Assembly: GCF_006345805.1 (NCBI RefSeq)
Contig: NC_043012.1
Span: 40,362,001-40,426,000, forward strand
DNA: 64,000 bases
From: Octopus sinensis
Taxonomy: Eukaryota
Direction of reading: 5' to 3'
This document shows, piece by piece, positions 39,953-54,117 of the stretch. How positions within the stretch are numbered: position 1 is the first letter of the stretch; each line of letters begins with the position of its first letter. The position numbers were made by a program, and so were the translations under genes. The notes beneath the pieces were generated by a model. The model ran no database searches and was not told the origin of the DNA. It saw only the letters and a program-made list of their open reading frames with translations.

Positions 39953-39990
<38 letters not shown>

Positions 39991-40374
39991 ATTATCACCA
40001 TCATCAAAGGCTCTGTGTTGATACCAACATCCTTTGATTAAATTAATATCATTACTAAGACAGCGAGCTGGCAGAATCGTTAGTAACCCAGGCAAAATTC
40101 TTAGCAGTATTTTGTCCATCTTTACAATCTGAGTCCAAATTCCGCTGAAGTAAACTTCACCTTACATCCTTTTGGGGGTCAATAAAATAAGGACCAGTTG
40201 AGCACTGGGGTCGATGTAATTGACTAAAACCTCTCACCTGGAATTGCTGGAATTCTGCCTACTCTAGAAAGGATAATTATAAATAGTGTTAGTAGGAACA
40301 TTGCTCTCCAGGCAGTTTTGCCCACGTTTATGTGATATAAATGTGTGTGTGTTTGTGTGTATATATATATATCA

Positions 40375-40682
40375 TCATCATCATTTAATGTCTGTTTTCC
40401 ATGCTAGCATGGGTTGGACAGTTTGACTGAGGGTCTGGGAAGCCTGGAGACTGGACCAGGCTCCAGTCTGATCTGGCAGTATTTCTACAACTGGATGCCC
40501 TTCCTAACACCAACCGCTCCGTGAGTGTAGTGGGTGCTTTTTAAGTGCCACTGGCACATGGGCCAGACGAGGTTGGCAACAGCCACAATTGGTTGGTGCT
40601 TTTTATGTGCCACTGGCACGGAACCCAGTCAAGGCGGCACTGGCAACGGCCACGTTTGGATGCTGCTTTTTACGTGCATCAC
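40375..40682 (-). mobile_element. Family C retroposon
   Basis: Same tail and body as 11302-11608. Confidence 0.82.
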
Positions 40683-40895
40683 AGCTATAATTTCCATATA
40701 TACACTTATTAAAAGAGCAGCAAAAATATCGCAAAATCTGTTACTCAGAGTTTCACATTATTTATTGAGCCTTTCAACCTGTAATCAATTTATTTATAAT
40801 GTCATGTTTTTTAAAAGAAACTTTCATCTTTGTAACATACAAATAAATTTTTCATACTTCCATTTCTTCTCCATTTTCTTCTTGTTTTTCCCCCA

Positions 40896-40929
<34 letters not shown>

Positions 40930-41488
40930 GCATATATACATGTATTTATGTATATAATATACATTCTGTTTAAAAGCAGCAGGCCAGACAGGTTAGGTCA
41001 TATTGAATTCTACGAGTTTTTTTTTCTTCGGGTGCAGAGATTAACAAGTTATTTCACACCTGTAACAAAATGATTAATGTAATTTTCCTAATTAACTATT
41101 AAAATTCCTCACCATAATTATTATCTTAGCAGGAGACTAACAAACTTATTCCTGTAGTGGTGCCGAACAACTGTTTCTTTGGCGAAACTCGTTTAACTTT
41201 CTCACCTTTGTGCTTAGTAATTTGGTTGAGGTAATTGGATTGTCAGCTGGTTTAGTGGTTTGATACCTCTCACTTGCAGTGTCTCACATACACACACACA
41301 TATACACACATATATACACAACTACATACATGCTTATACAGCCACTTTGACTCTCACTCAAACACACAAAGCCGCCCTCACTCACTCACTCACTCACATA
41401 CACATGCCAAGAGATACAGCTACCTGACCATGCTTACTCATGCACTCAACTCACATATACAGCCACTCCGACTCGTACTCAAACCACA

Positions 41489-41527
<39 letters not shown>

Positions 41528-41845
41528 CAACAGACATATCCACCCTAACATAAATAGCTACTCACACTCACACATTCAGCTCCTCCAACTGGTACACAGA
41601 GTCACACTCACTCTCACACTCAAACACAACACAAAACAGAGACATATCAATTATATGGAATGATCTGTTTAACATGTAGTAATAGCGGTGGTGGTGGTAG
41701 TAGTGATGGTGGTGGTGGAGGAAGTAGTGGTAGTAGTAGTAGTTGATCTAGTGGCCTAAATGCATTTATTTACAACTTGTTGAGATTTGATACGCTGATA
41801 AGGTAGATTTGGCTGTTATTTCTAGCAAACAAAGTGACCCCAAAG

Positions 41846-41886
<41 letters not shown>

Positions 41887-42184
41887 CATACATACACACA
41901 CAGACACAGAGGTGTCTCTCTCTCTTCCTTGTATGTATGTATGTATGTATGTCCGTACGTATGTATTTGTGTGTCTGTGTTTCTCCCCCCCCCCTCCACA
42001 CACACACCATCACTTGACAACCAATACTTGGTGTGTGTATGTTCCTTAACTTAGCAGTTCAGCAAAAGAAACTGATAGAGTAGGCTTAACAAGAATAAGT
42101 CCTGGGGTCAATTTGTTTGACTAAAGGCAGTGCTCCAGCATGGCTGCAGTCAAAATGACTGAAACAAGTAAAAGAATAAAAAGA

Positions 42185-42236
<52 letters not shown>

Positions 42237-43569
42237 AACACACACACACACACACACATACATATACACACACTGTTTGTGTGAATATACATGCTGTACA
42301 TATGGAGTTTTATGATTCTATTATATGAAGAATTAAGTTTGGAAAAACATTGGAATGTCACAACAAGAGAGAGAAAGGAGAGGGAGAGAGAAAGGAGAGG
42401 GAGAGAGAAAGGAGAGAGAGAGAGAGAGAGAGGGGACAGAGGAGATAGAGAGAGAAAGGGGTGAAGTGGTGGTGGGAGTAGGTTGTCAATGATTCAGTCC
42501 AGAGGCTGTGTGTGAGATTGGGTGGAAGTCTGGGAATATGGGGTGTTGGGTGGGTGGGTGGTAAGGTTAGGATGGTGAGGTTGGTGTTGGTGTGTGTGTG
42601 TGTGTGTGTGTGTGTGTCCGCCATCACTGTGGGTTGCCGTACATTTTTAGTATGACCTAATGTTGCCGCCACATGTAGGCAGCAGATGACATTCCAAGTG
42701 GATTACTAAGAGACAAATGGTGGAAGATGTCTGGCAGGGGCAAAGGGAGAGGAGAGAGGGAAGAAGAGAGAGGGAGACAGAAAGAGGGAGGGACAGGGAG
42801 GAACGATTTCTGAATAAGAGAAAAGAGAGAGAGAGAGAATGTGAAGGAAATTGATGGCGTTGATAGAAGAGTGGAGGTGGGAGTAGGGAGAGAGAAAAGG
42901 AGAGGGAGAAATATTTTCAAGTGCCATTCATTGGAATACACAGTACAGTGGTGGTGGTGGTGTGGTGGTGGTGGTTATGGTGGCGGCAGTGGTGGTTGCA
43001 GTCGTGGCAGTTATGATTACGATGAGGATGATTGTGATGATGATGATGTCATTAAAGTTCTGGTAGTAAGGGTGGTGGTGGTGGTGGTAGCGGAATGTTA
43101 CAAAGAAAGGAAAAGGACACAGGGACACACACACAGATGCGTACACACACACGCACAAATGCACAGAGACGCGCATGCATGCATGCATGGATGCATGGCT
43201 GCATGCAGAGATCAGAATAGAGAAGAATTCAGAATAGCTTGGTGAAAGGAAGAGGCTGGTGCTGAGGGTGGGGAGTGGGCGATAGGAAGAGACAAAGGAA
43301 AGGGAGGGGGTGGCAGGCGAGTGGGAGTGAGGAACCAGGTGGGTGGGTGGGGATGGGGGGAACGGGGGGGAAGTGGTTGGGTGTCTGCAAGAGATAAAGA
43401 ACCAATTCCAACTTGTTTGAAGAGGGGAATTCCAATGCTATTAGAATCCAACAGCCAACTTGTTTCATGGAAATTCCAATGATCTGAGAATCAAAAACTA
43501 GCTGAGAAAGAAAACAAAAACAACCACAATAAGAATAATAATAATAAGAAGAAGAAGAAGAAGAATGGT

Positions 43570-44520
43570 AAAGAGCTGGCAGAAATGCCACTAAGCATTT
43601 TGTCTGATGTGCTAACAATTCCGCTAGTTTGTCGCTTTAATAATAATGATAATAATAATCTTTTCTCCTCTAGGCACAAGGCCTGAAATTTTTTTGGGGG
43701 GGGGGACTAGTTGATTACATTGACCCCAGTGTTTCACTGGTACTTAATTTATCAAACCCATTAGGGGAAGGTAAAGTCGACTTCAGTAGAATTTGAACTC
43801 AGAATGTAGCAGCAGATGAAATACCGCTAAGCATTTCGCCTGGTGTGCTAACGATTCTGCCAGCTCACTGCCTTACTACTACTACTAATAATAATAATAA
43901 TAATAGTTTTGAATGTACATCGACCCCAGTGTTCAACTGGTACTTAATTTATTCTTTTCTACTCTAGGCACAAGGCCCGAAATTTTGGGGGAGGAGGCCA
44001 GTCGATTAGATCAACCCCAGTATGCAACTGGTACTTAATTCATTGACTCCGAAAGGATGAAAGGCAAAGTCGTCCTCGGTGGAATTTCAACCCAGAACAT
44101 AAAGACGGACAAAATGCCACTAAGCATTTTGCCCAGCATGCTAATGATTCTGCCAGCTCACCGCTTTGATAATGATGATAATGATAATAATAATTATTGT
44201 TTCTAGAATAGACTGAAGGCCTGGTCAAAAGCACCGATGCTAGAGGGATGAAAAAGTTGACCTCAGCAAGATTTGAACATATAATATAAAGAGCCAAAAT
44301 AATAATAGCAGAAGTTTCTGATTCCAACACAAAATCAGTAAATTTGAGGGGAGGGGTGAACATTGACAGTAGTATTTGACTGGTACCTTATTTTATCAAC
44401 CCTAGAGGGAGAAATGGCAGATTTGACACCTCAGCAAGATTTGAAATCAGAATGCAAATAACAGGAAGATATACTGCAAAATATTTTGTCGGATGCTCTA
44501 CCGATTTTGTCAATGTAGCA
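43570..44520 (-). mobile_element. Second chain of family B SINEs and fragments separated by (TAA)/(TAC)/(TGA) tracts
   Basis: Copies at ~43660-43874, 43955-44166 and 44330-44520, plus fragments. Confidence 0.8.
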
Positions 44521-44873
44521 ATCAGTTATGTTGAGATACTATTTGCTAGGTTATACAGTTTATTCATCTCCGAATAAAGAGATTCCTTGGTGGTGATGGT
44601 TGTTGTTTGGCCAGAGGTCAGCTATGATCCCAATGTGTTTCAGCTGTGACCATCCAGTATAATTATTCTTTAAGCAAGCAGTCCACTCTGTAAAGTGGTT
44701 GGCATTAGGAAGGGCATCCAGCCATAGAAATCGTGCCAAAGCAGATGCTGGAACTTGGTACAGTCCTTCAGCTTGCTACCTCCTGTCAAACAGTCAAACC
44801 CTAATCCAGCATGGACAACAGATGTTAAATGAAGATGATGATGTTTGTATGTGTGTGTGTGTGTGTGTGTGTA

Positions 44874-44915
<42 letters not shown>

Positions 44916-45139
44916 ATATATATTATGGATATGTTGTCACAAAAACGAAAGACAAAAATAGGCAGACAGATTTTGATAGTGAGAGTTAAACATATATATA
45001 CACACACAGACCCACACATATATATATATATATACATGCATACAGAGAGAGAGAGAGATAGAGAGATCTTGATTTATAATGGCTATGAATGCCTATAAAC
45101 AGGATTAGTTAAAAAACTTTTCTCAGACAGGCACAGATA

Positions 45140-45547
45140 GGTGCAGGAGTGGCTGTGTGGTAAGTAGCTTGCTTACAAACCACATGGTTCCGGGTTCATT
45201 CCAAATGTGTGACACCTAGGGCAAGTGTCCTCTACTATAGCCTCGGGCCGACCAAAGTCTTGTAAGTGGATTTGGTAGACGGAAACTGAAAGAAGCTCGC
45301 CGTATATACATATATATATATGTATGTATGTATATATGTATGTGTTTGTCCCCCCCCCCCAACATCACTTGACAACTGATGCTGGTGTGTTTACGGCGCC
45401 ATAATTTAGTGGTTCGGCAAAAGAGACCAATAGAATAAGTACTAGGCTTACAAAGAATAAGTCCTGGGATCGATTTGCTCGACTAAAGGTTGTGCTCCGC
45501 CATGGCCACAGTCAAATGACTGAAACAAGTAAAAGAGTAAAAGAGAC
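45140..45547 (+). mobile_element. SINE family A
   Basis: Full length, low divergence. Confidence 0.9.
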
Positions 45548-45669
45548 AGACCTGAACTGATGTCGAATATACAGTTGTGTATAAACTTGTCTGTAAACTT
45601 GCATTCATTTACATTACAGAATACTGACATCCCCTAAATGTGTGTGTGTTTATATATACCTAGGTACAT

Positions 45670-45714
<45 letters not shown>

Positions 45715-46191
45715 TATTTTATTTAAATATTCTTATCTAATTTCAATCCATTCTATTTGGGAACCGGACGTTAAATGATATATATACATGTGTGTGTGTG
45801 TGTATGTGCCTGAGTGAGTGAGTGAGTGCATGTGTGTAGTTATCTAGTTACTATCTCATATACTTCCAACTAATTAATCACTCAGCCAAATCACCATTCT
45901 CGTTAGATAAAGAGTTAAAGAGCTAATTGAAAACAACTTCTTCCATCCACCCTAACCCCTTTCATCTCTTCTCGTTTGCCGGAAGCCAATTTCTAATTCA
46001 TTAGTGTATTTAGTTAACGAGTACAGTAGTAGTAGTAGCAGTAGTACTGCTGGTGGATGGTGGAAGTTTTGGTTGTGGTGGTGGTGGTAGTGGTGGTGGC
46101 CACTAATGGGTTGTTGTTGAGGGGTAAAGGTGACAGCCAAAAAAATATATTATATATATATAGAATTTAAATGCTTCTTGAAGATCTAAAT

Positions 46192-47001
46192 TAGTAGTTT
46201 TTAAGTGGCACACTGGAGCAGAGGCACTTCAATGGCACACTGGAGAGGTACACTGCAGATGAAATAAAAATGGAACAAAATTAACCTTTTCAATACCAAC
46301 CTGGGTGAATCTTGTTTTCATAAGTTTTTAATTAAAATCTTCCACTAAACCTTAGTCACAATTTATGTTCCTAACACCAGCTTAATGATAAAGTTATTTT
46401 ACTAAATTCTTTGTTATATTTAAAGTTAGTTGAAAGAAACACAGAGCATCTCAACAGAAATATGGTAACAAAAGGGTTAACAAATGATTAATTTAACCCA
46501 TTTGATACCAACCTGGCAGAACCCACTTCTGGCTCTGTAGTACAAATGTCTTGTTTTCAAAAGTTCTGAATGAAAATCTTCCACCAAACCTTAGTCACAA
46601 TTTATGTTCTTGACACCAGCTTAATGATAACTTATTCTACTAAATTCTTTGTTATATTTAAAGTTAATTGAAAGAAACACAGAGCATCTCAACAGAAATA
46701 TGGTAATAAAATGGTTAATGTTTACAGTCCACTCCATTTCTCTTAAAAAAAAACCCTTTTATTTTGTTTTTTAAAGATAAACTTTTAAAAAATATATAAA
46801 AGATTAAATCATTTTAATATGTTTGGAAATGACAAAATTATGAGCAACGTATCCTTTTCCTGTCTTGTGTCACTCAATCCATCAACACGGATTTTTGGAA
46901 CACTTCAAATATATTATTGAATATTTGTGGTGCACTTTGATGCCCCCTGCAGTACCCCAGCACACTGGAGCACTCTGTGATACACTGCTTCAAAACCACT
47001 G
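46192..47001. mobile_element. Old hAT MITE with two nested piggyBac-type MITEs
   Basis: Ends tagtagtttttaagt / gcttcaaaaccactg. TSD atctaaat / ctgtaaat. Confidence 0.55.
46281..46718. mobile_element. Two tandem piggyBac-type MITEs (46281-46480, 46493-46718)
   Basis: Each is bounded by TTAA-CC(C)TTT..TACC / GGTA..AAA(G)GG-TTAA, and the internal sequences are near-identical. Confidence 0.75.
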
Positions 47002-47595
47002 CTGTAAATAACAGCCAAATCTACCTTAACCCTTTAAGCATCCAGATTACTCTGTTCAAATGTAATGCTTGTTTATTTTTAGAATGACACTGTAGGGTAG
47101 ATGTGAGAGGCTGGATCTGGCCAATTTGAACATAAAACATTTAGAATATTTGAGCCTGATGTGGCCATTTTAAATACTAAATGATTAGATTACACAGTAA
47201 AAAAGAACCCCATATCGCACTTGAATGACCATGGGATTGAACCTAGAAAGTTCCCCTCCAAGGCACAAGTCTGCATAAGGTTGTCTGAGCATGGGCGACC
47301 AGCAGCCATCCATGCATTCCAGCTTCCATTTCCCATGCTTAGAAACAGAATCCAACAGTCATGACTGGGACGGCTTTGATTAGAACCCTGCTCAGCCAGA
47401 TGACCTGGGATCAAACAACAATCATCGTCATCACTTTTCTATGTCTGCAGAGGTGGAATGGAATATATTGAGCCAGATCTTCTAGTGTTGGAGGCCCTTC
47501 CTGATGCCAACCTGTTTCCAAGTAATAGAGTCTTAGAAATGAAGTGACACTGCTTCTTGTATCATTTCAATTAGTTCAGCAAGTAGGGGAGACAA

Positions 47596-47637
47596 CAACC
47601 GACATGTTTCAGCCTCATTATGATTTCATCAGTATTA
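47596..47637 (-). ncRNA. Decayed hammerhead-like motif within an ~80-bp dispersed repeat
   Basis: Minus strand uaaua-CUGAUGA-aaucauaaugaggcu-GAA-ACAUGU-C-gguug. Palindromic stem III and GUC triplet; stem I closing pair mismatched. Confidence 0.4.
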
Positions 47638-48569
47638 ACAATATCATGTGATGCCAAGACAAGGAGACATGCACACACACACACACACATAATGAACTTC
47701 TTTCATTTTCTATCAACAAAATCCACTCACAAGGCTTTGGTCAACCTGGAGCTATAGTAGAAGACACTTGCCCAAGGTGCCATGCAGTGGGACTGAACCC
47801 AGAACCATGTGGTTAGGAAATAAACTTATCACCATGTAACCATGCCTGCACCTATGAGGGAAATAATCCACTTTGGTTGTCTACAAGAGACCAAGGACTT
47901 CAACCAATCATCATCTTTGTCAGGTTTACCATTAGGTTTGGATTCAGAACCTGTTTAAGGTGTGTGTGTGGGGGGGGGTGACAGAGAGGTGGGTGGGGCC
48001 TTGGGTGCAAGAGTTGATGTCATGATTAAATTTTCTTAAATGGATGTTATCTTATTCTGCAATATTTTACGTCTGAAAAAGCCCCTAAACTTCCTAACAA
48101 ATGTGTGTGTGTGTTATTATGTATTCTTTCAGCAGAAGGCTAGAATCCACAACCCTTTTCAAGGGCTCTGTGACTGGTGGGAGGAAGGGTTAGGGTTCCT
48201 AAAACTGGAGATTTGCCCCAGACCCTTACAGCAGAGTGAATTCTGTTAAATGTATGCAAAGACTAGGTGGCAGTGCTAAACACACACACACGTGTAGCTA
48301 TTTAATAAAGACAGATATAAATGTTGGCTGGTTGGTTGGTTGGTTGGTTTCTCCAGTCATGCTTTTACAAAGTATCAAGAGAGAGAAAGAGAAAGAGAAT
48401 AGAGAGAATAAGGGAGAGACATTGAGAAAGACAACACAAAAGGTCCATAAGAGAGCATGTGACTTGGCTTGGTAGCGACAATGAGTAAAGAATGCGACAC
48501 ACACATGTACAAGCAGTGAGGGTTAAAGAATCGTAAAACGAGGGGTGGAGGAAGAATGAGTAGCAGAGT

Positions 48570-48603
<34 letters not shown>

Positions 48604-49448
48604 GAATGAAAGTACAACAGCTCCTACTAATATAGTAAAGCATAAAAAATATTGTTGAAATAAATATAAAATGAAAAAGGAGCAAGAGAAAGAATAGGTG
48701 AAGGTGAGAGAGAGAGCATAGGATAGAAGGTGATAGTTAAGGAGGTAGACAGAGGAGGAGAGGCAGTCAATTATAAATTTATTATAGAGGAAATTAAAGC
48801 ATATCATATTTGAAAAGTTATTAGAAAAACAATGAAAATGGTGTAACAAAAAGGAAAATTATCAAGAGAAAAGTTAAAATTTTTCAAAATGTAGGACAAT
48901 GTTTTATGTTTGTTTTTCCACGTTTGCAAGGGTTAGGTGGAGACTTATTTACTTGAGGCAGCATTTTATAGCTGGATGCCTTTCCTGTCACCAACTACAA
49001 ACTATTCTTCAAAGAAAGGGATTTTATTGCATTGTCTTGAGAGTGCAAAGTATGGTAATAAGATGTATTATCAACAGAGAATATAATCATACATCACTGT
49101 TTCACTTCACAATGACAAGTCATGAAATGTCAAAATTTTACAGACACACAGACACATAAAAGGATTATCCGTAAGGAATGAATCATAGCAGGATGTGATG
49201 TTAATAAGAGTTATATTAACAGAGTATATGAACAAGCATAGGATAGGCTTCCACAGAGCTTCTGTTTCAAACTCCACTCACAGAGGCATTGGTCATTGCC
49301 CCAGGGTGTCACCATAGTAAGATGGAACAGGACACGAGGTGGTTATGAAATGACTATACATATTTACGACACTCGGCTTTAATAAACAACCTAGAAATAA
49401 TTAGGCAGTGGCAAGTATTTCAATTAGTTCAGCAAGTAGGGGAGACAA

Positions 49449-49489
49449 CAACCAACATGTTTCAGCCTCATTATGATTCCATCAGCATT

Positions 49490-49490
<1 letters not shown>
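49449..49490 (-). ncRNA. Second copy of the 47.6-kb hammerhead-like motif, with core change A9G
   Basis: Minus strand uaaug-CUGAUGG-aaucauaaugaggcu-GAA-ACAUGU-U-gguug. 49417-49495 is near-identical to 47565-47642. Confidence 0.35.
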
Positions 49491-49522
<32 letters not shown>

Positions 49523-49977
49523 CGTGTGTGTGTGTGTGTGTGTGCGTGCATAAATATATGTACACACATACATGCACATAAAGTAAGAGAGTGGGTAGGG
49601 GTTAACTTCATGAAAATAGTGACAAAGCAGACAAACACCATGAGGCCCGCCCACTCATTCTCACCAAGTATATGTCCCCCTTCACATCTGTTTCTGATAA
49701 TAATCAGATTCCTCTTGCCCTACTTACCACCACAACCACCACCCATAATAATAGTTGTACCCTGGTACTCTACTTTTCTTCTCTTTCTTTTTTTTTTCTT
49801 TCTGCCATCTTCCATCACCACCTACCACCCCTTCTCACGCAACAACTCTAAAATTGTACAGAATTCATCTTGTAAAACCTGTTAGAACTGGGTTATGCTG
49901 ATAAATGACAGACACATTTTACTTATATATATAGATATATGTGTATATCTATATATATATATATATATATCTATATC

Positions 49978-50011
<34 letters not shown>

Positions 50012-51355
50012 TATATACATACATACACAAATGCACACACATAAATATACAGGCACACAGACACATTTTTAACATCCGTTATTACATTTTTGCATGTGTT
50101 TTAGATGAATATTGTGTGTGTATGTGTGTTTTTATATATATATATATATATATATAACATGTGTTTATTATGTATGCTTGTACATATATATGCACGTGTT
50201 TATATATATATATATAATGTATGTGTGTGTGTGTGTGTGTTCATATAAACTCACAACCTGACTGTGTCTAACAGGAAGTTCGCTATACAGTTCCACCAGA
50301 GAAATACCCATTTTCGTAACAAGGAATGAGGAGAAGCAGGAATGGAGGGGTGGGGAAGGGATGGTGTTGGAGTCTGGCAGACATTAGTTACCATTGGTTA
50401 CCAGTGCTGTAATTTCCTTTCTAAAGTTCTTTCCTGTGCTGGGTAGGGGCTTTTTCTTTTTTTTTTTTTGATACCAACGGAAAAAGTTACAATTAGGGGT
50501 GGGTGTGAAGTGGTTTTTTTTTTTTTTGGTCTTTTGAGGGTATTGGTAAGGAAGAGATGTGCAAGTGGGGGAGGCTGGCAGTGGTGATGGTGTTCTTGTA
50601 TTTGAGTGAAAGTGTCACAGTATCAGATTAGCTAGAAATGGTAGCAAGAGTCTTGACAATGAAGGGGCAGTCTGAGCAATAATACCCTGCATCGTCAAGC
50701 TGGAAATAACAGCCAGGAACACCTTTGATCACAGGTCTGCTAGATGGGAGCAGACCAGAGGTTAAACAACAACAGCAATACCACCACCATCATCAACAAC
50801 AACAACATTGTTATTACAGACTTCTTAAGGAATCTCCAGGTGGCTGCTTGGACTGCAGGAAATAACAGCCAAATCCCTTTCAGTCTACAAAAAGACAGGG
50901 CACGTTATGGAATCGTTTCCACAATAGACAGAAAGATTGAAATTTGAGGGGAGGGGCTGGTCGATTACCCCCACCCCGACAAGAATGGAAAAGTGGGTAT
51001 TAAATGATGATCAGGGTGGATGGTATGATTTTACTATACAGGGTGGACTGTGAGAATTATACAGTGCAGGGGTAGATGGCAGAAGCATAGCATACACTGT
51101 GGACGGGTATGATTGTATCAAACAGGGGTACTTGGGACTATTTTTTGCCTTTTACTGGTTTCCATCATTAGACTGCGGCCATGCTGGGGCACTGCCTTGA
51201 AGTTTTAGTTGAAAGAATCGACGCCAGCATTTTTTTGTTAAGCTTGCTCTATCGGTCCCTTTTTGCCAGACTGCTAAGTTATAGGGATGTAGATACACCA
51301 ACACCAATTATCAAGTGGTGGTGGAACACACACACACACACACACACATACAAGT

Positions 51356-51650
51356 GAGGACGCATGACATGGTGGTTAGGGTGTTGCACTCATGATCGCA
51401 AGATTGTGGTTTCAATTCCTCGACCAGGTGGTGCATTGAGCAAAACACCTCATCTGATATTCTTCTGCAATCACTTCAACACCTGACGCGTGGTACACCA
51501 TGCAACTGTTCAGGTAACATCGATTTGATGGAGGGTGTGAGCTGATATGCAGAACAAACATTTGATCATGATAAACAAATCATTTGTGCAGGTCATTTGA
51601 CAAAAATCTAAATGCTCATTCGTCACCTGCGACAGGGGAGCCCATCATAT
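51356..51650 (+). mobile_element. Additional tRNA-derived SINE (single copy here)
   Basis: tgacatggtggttagggtgttgcactcatgatcgcaagattgtggtttcaattcc has tRNA-like A/B boxes, followed by ttgagcaaaacac. Confidence 0.6.
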
Positions 51651-52060
51651 ATATCAGGCATGTGCCTGTGAGTAATTACTCAGGGTAGGCAGTTGGTGAC
51701 ATTTATGTAGTAAAACACACAAAAAAATGAGCAAAACGCAGGCATGCGACTGAGTTGGAGGCAGATTTACTTCTGCCTTTATAAAATGTAAAGAAAACAT
51801 TGTTGTAGGAGTGTACGCAGCATGTGTACTACAGCAGTCCTATGCATAGTTTTAATACTGAAATTGAAAAGCAGGGATGAATTATGCCTACCTAATTGAC
51901 AAAAAATTAAAATATTTTGCCTTTTATGCATAATAACCAGAGTAACCTTCATAATTTTATTGAATTAGGGGCATATTTTGTCATACAAGGAAAACGTTAC
52001 TATTGATCTATTTTATTCAGGTTGGCACTGCCTACCATGCCTACCCATGTGGCACGTCCC

Positions 52061-52091
<31 letters not shown>

Positions 52092-52908
52092 TACACAACA
52101 GACTTCTTTCAGTTTCCATCTACCAAATCTATTCACAAAGCTTTGGCCAGCCTGAGGCTATAGTAAAAGACAACTTGCCCAAGGTGCCACATAATGAGAC
52201 TGAACCCAGAACCATGTGATTGGGAAGCAAGCTTCTTACCACACAGCCACAGTTGCACCAATGTTTTTTGATTTCAAAACTTGCTAGGGTTTGGTTTTTG
52301 CTTCACTGTTCCAAAGTTGATAAAATAAAAGTTGAGGTCCAAGATGGAATCAGTAGAGTACAGTATAGAATGTCTTGTGGTGTTTTTATGATCCCTGACC
52401 ATATATAAAGGGATACTTTTAGGGTGCAGGTATATGAGAACAACTGTGACTGAGACAGGTTTGTGACTTTACAAAGATGTACAACACGCAATTTTACACA
52501 TACATTTAAACACAAAGCCACACATACTCACACACTTAAATACATAAACATATAAAGATGCACATACATACAATGTTAGGCATACACGCATACACACATA
52601 CAAAGACACTCACTTCCTTTTTTCTCTGAAATAAGTTACCAGATTTAGAACAATAATTTGAATTGTCGATAATATTAGGATAATTTTTTTATTAAATGGG
52701 CCTTGAGAGAGAGAGAGTGAGAGAGAGAGGGAGGGAATAAAAACGAGAGAGGGAGCAAGAGAGAAAGTGACAGTGAGAGAGTAAAGAAGATAGGGATAGA
52801 GAGAGAAAGTGGGAGGAATGGAAAGCGTGAGAAAGAATGTGTGTATGTGTGTGTAAGAGAATGTGTTTATGTGCGACTGCATATATCTGAAAATGAGTGT
52901 GAATGAGT

Positions 52909-53010
<102 letters not shown>

Positions 53011-54083
53011 AATAAGTGAGCGTCTGTCTGTGTTTTTTTTTTATTCCTTTTGTGTATATCTGCATGTGACCCAGAGCCTGTAAAATGTCACATGAAAAAT
53101 AAAGCTTGTACTTGGAACTAGTGGCGCTATTATTGGTGTTGGGTGGTATTAGGGGTGGCAGTGGCTTAGTGTGGTGGTGTGCTGGGAACAATGTAGATGA
53201 CGATGATTATCATGGTGGTAGCCATGGTTTTGGTGCTGACTTGTATTGTAGTATTGGATGCAGGGTGGTGGTGGTGGCGGCTGTATTGTAATGGTGAAAA
53301 TAAAGGTTGTGGTGGTGGTGGTGGGGATGCTTCTGGAATTTACTTCTCAGTTGGAGAAGGAAAATAACAGCCTAGCGGTGACTGTTGGCGACTGTCAATG
53401 AAAGGGGGAGACAACTTCAAGAAATGAATTTATTCTCAAAATCATTAATATAAATATTCAGCAAACTAATACTGATCTTTATGTACAGACCAGAGTGAGG
53501 GGTGGTGGAGATGACAGAGACCTGGGTATATGAGGAAAAACAGGATGGTCACAGTTGGAATATTTTTGATCAAGGCCGCTTGAGATATATGTTAAAAGAA
53601 AACGTTATGTAACAGGTATATCTATTATGTGTTGGTCATGGATGGAAGCTCAGTCATCTCCAGCAACGTGAAACCAAAAGCAGTGCTTATGATGATGGGT
53701 GGAGGCCAGCATCTATTTCCATATAAAGCCACAGAAGAATCAACGAGAGGAGAAAGGGAGAAATGTCATTGTATATTCTTGTAGCTGTTGTTGTTGTTAG
53801 TTTCAAATAACCTTGTGTGTGTGAGTGTGGGAGAGATAGGGAGAGAAGAGTTAGGGAGTACAAGTGTGTGAGAGTATATGAATGTGTGTAAGTATATATA
53901 TATAAAAATGTGAGAGTGATGAGAGTATATGAGCATATTTGTGTAAGTGTACGCATGGTTATGTGTGTGTGTATGTATGTATATATCTCTCTCTCTCTCT
54001 GTATATATATATATAAAGTAGGTGTGAGTATAAGTATGGGTGTGTATTTGCGTGTGAGTATGTCCAATAATGTACAAGTGAGA

Positions 54084-54117
<34 letters not shown>

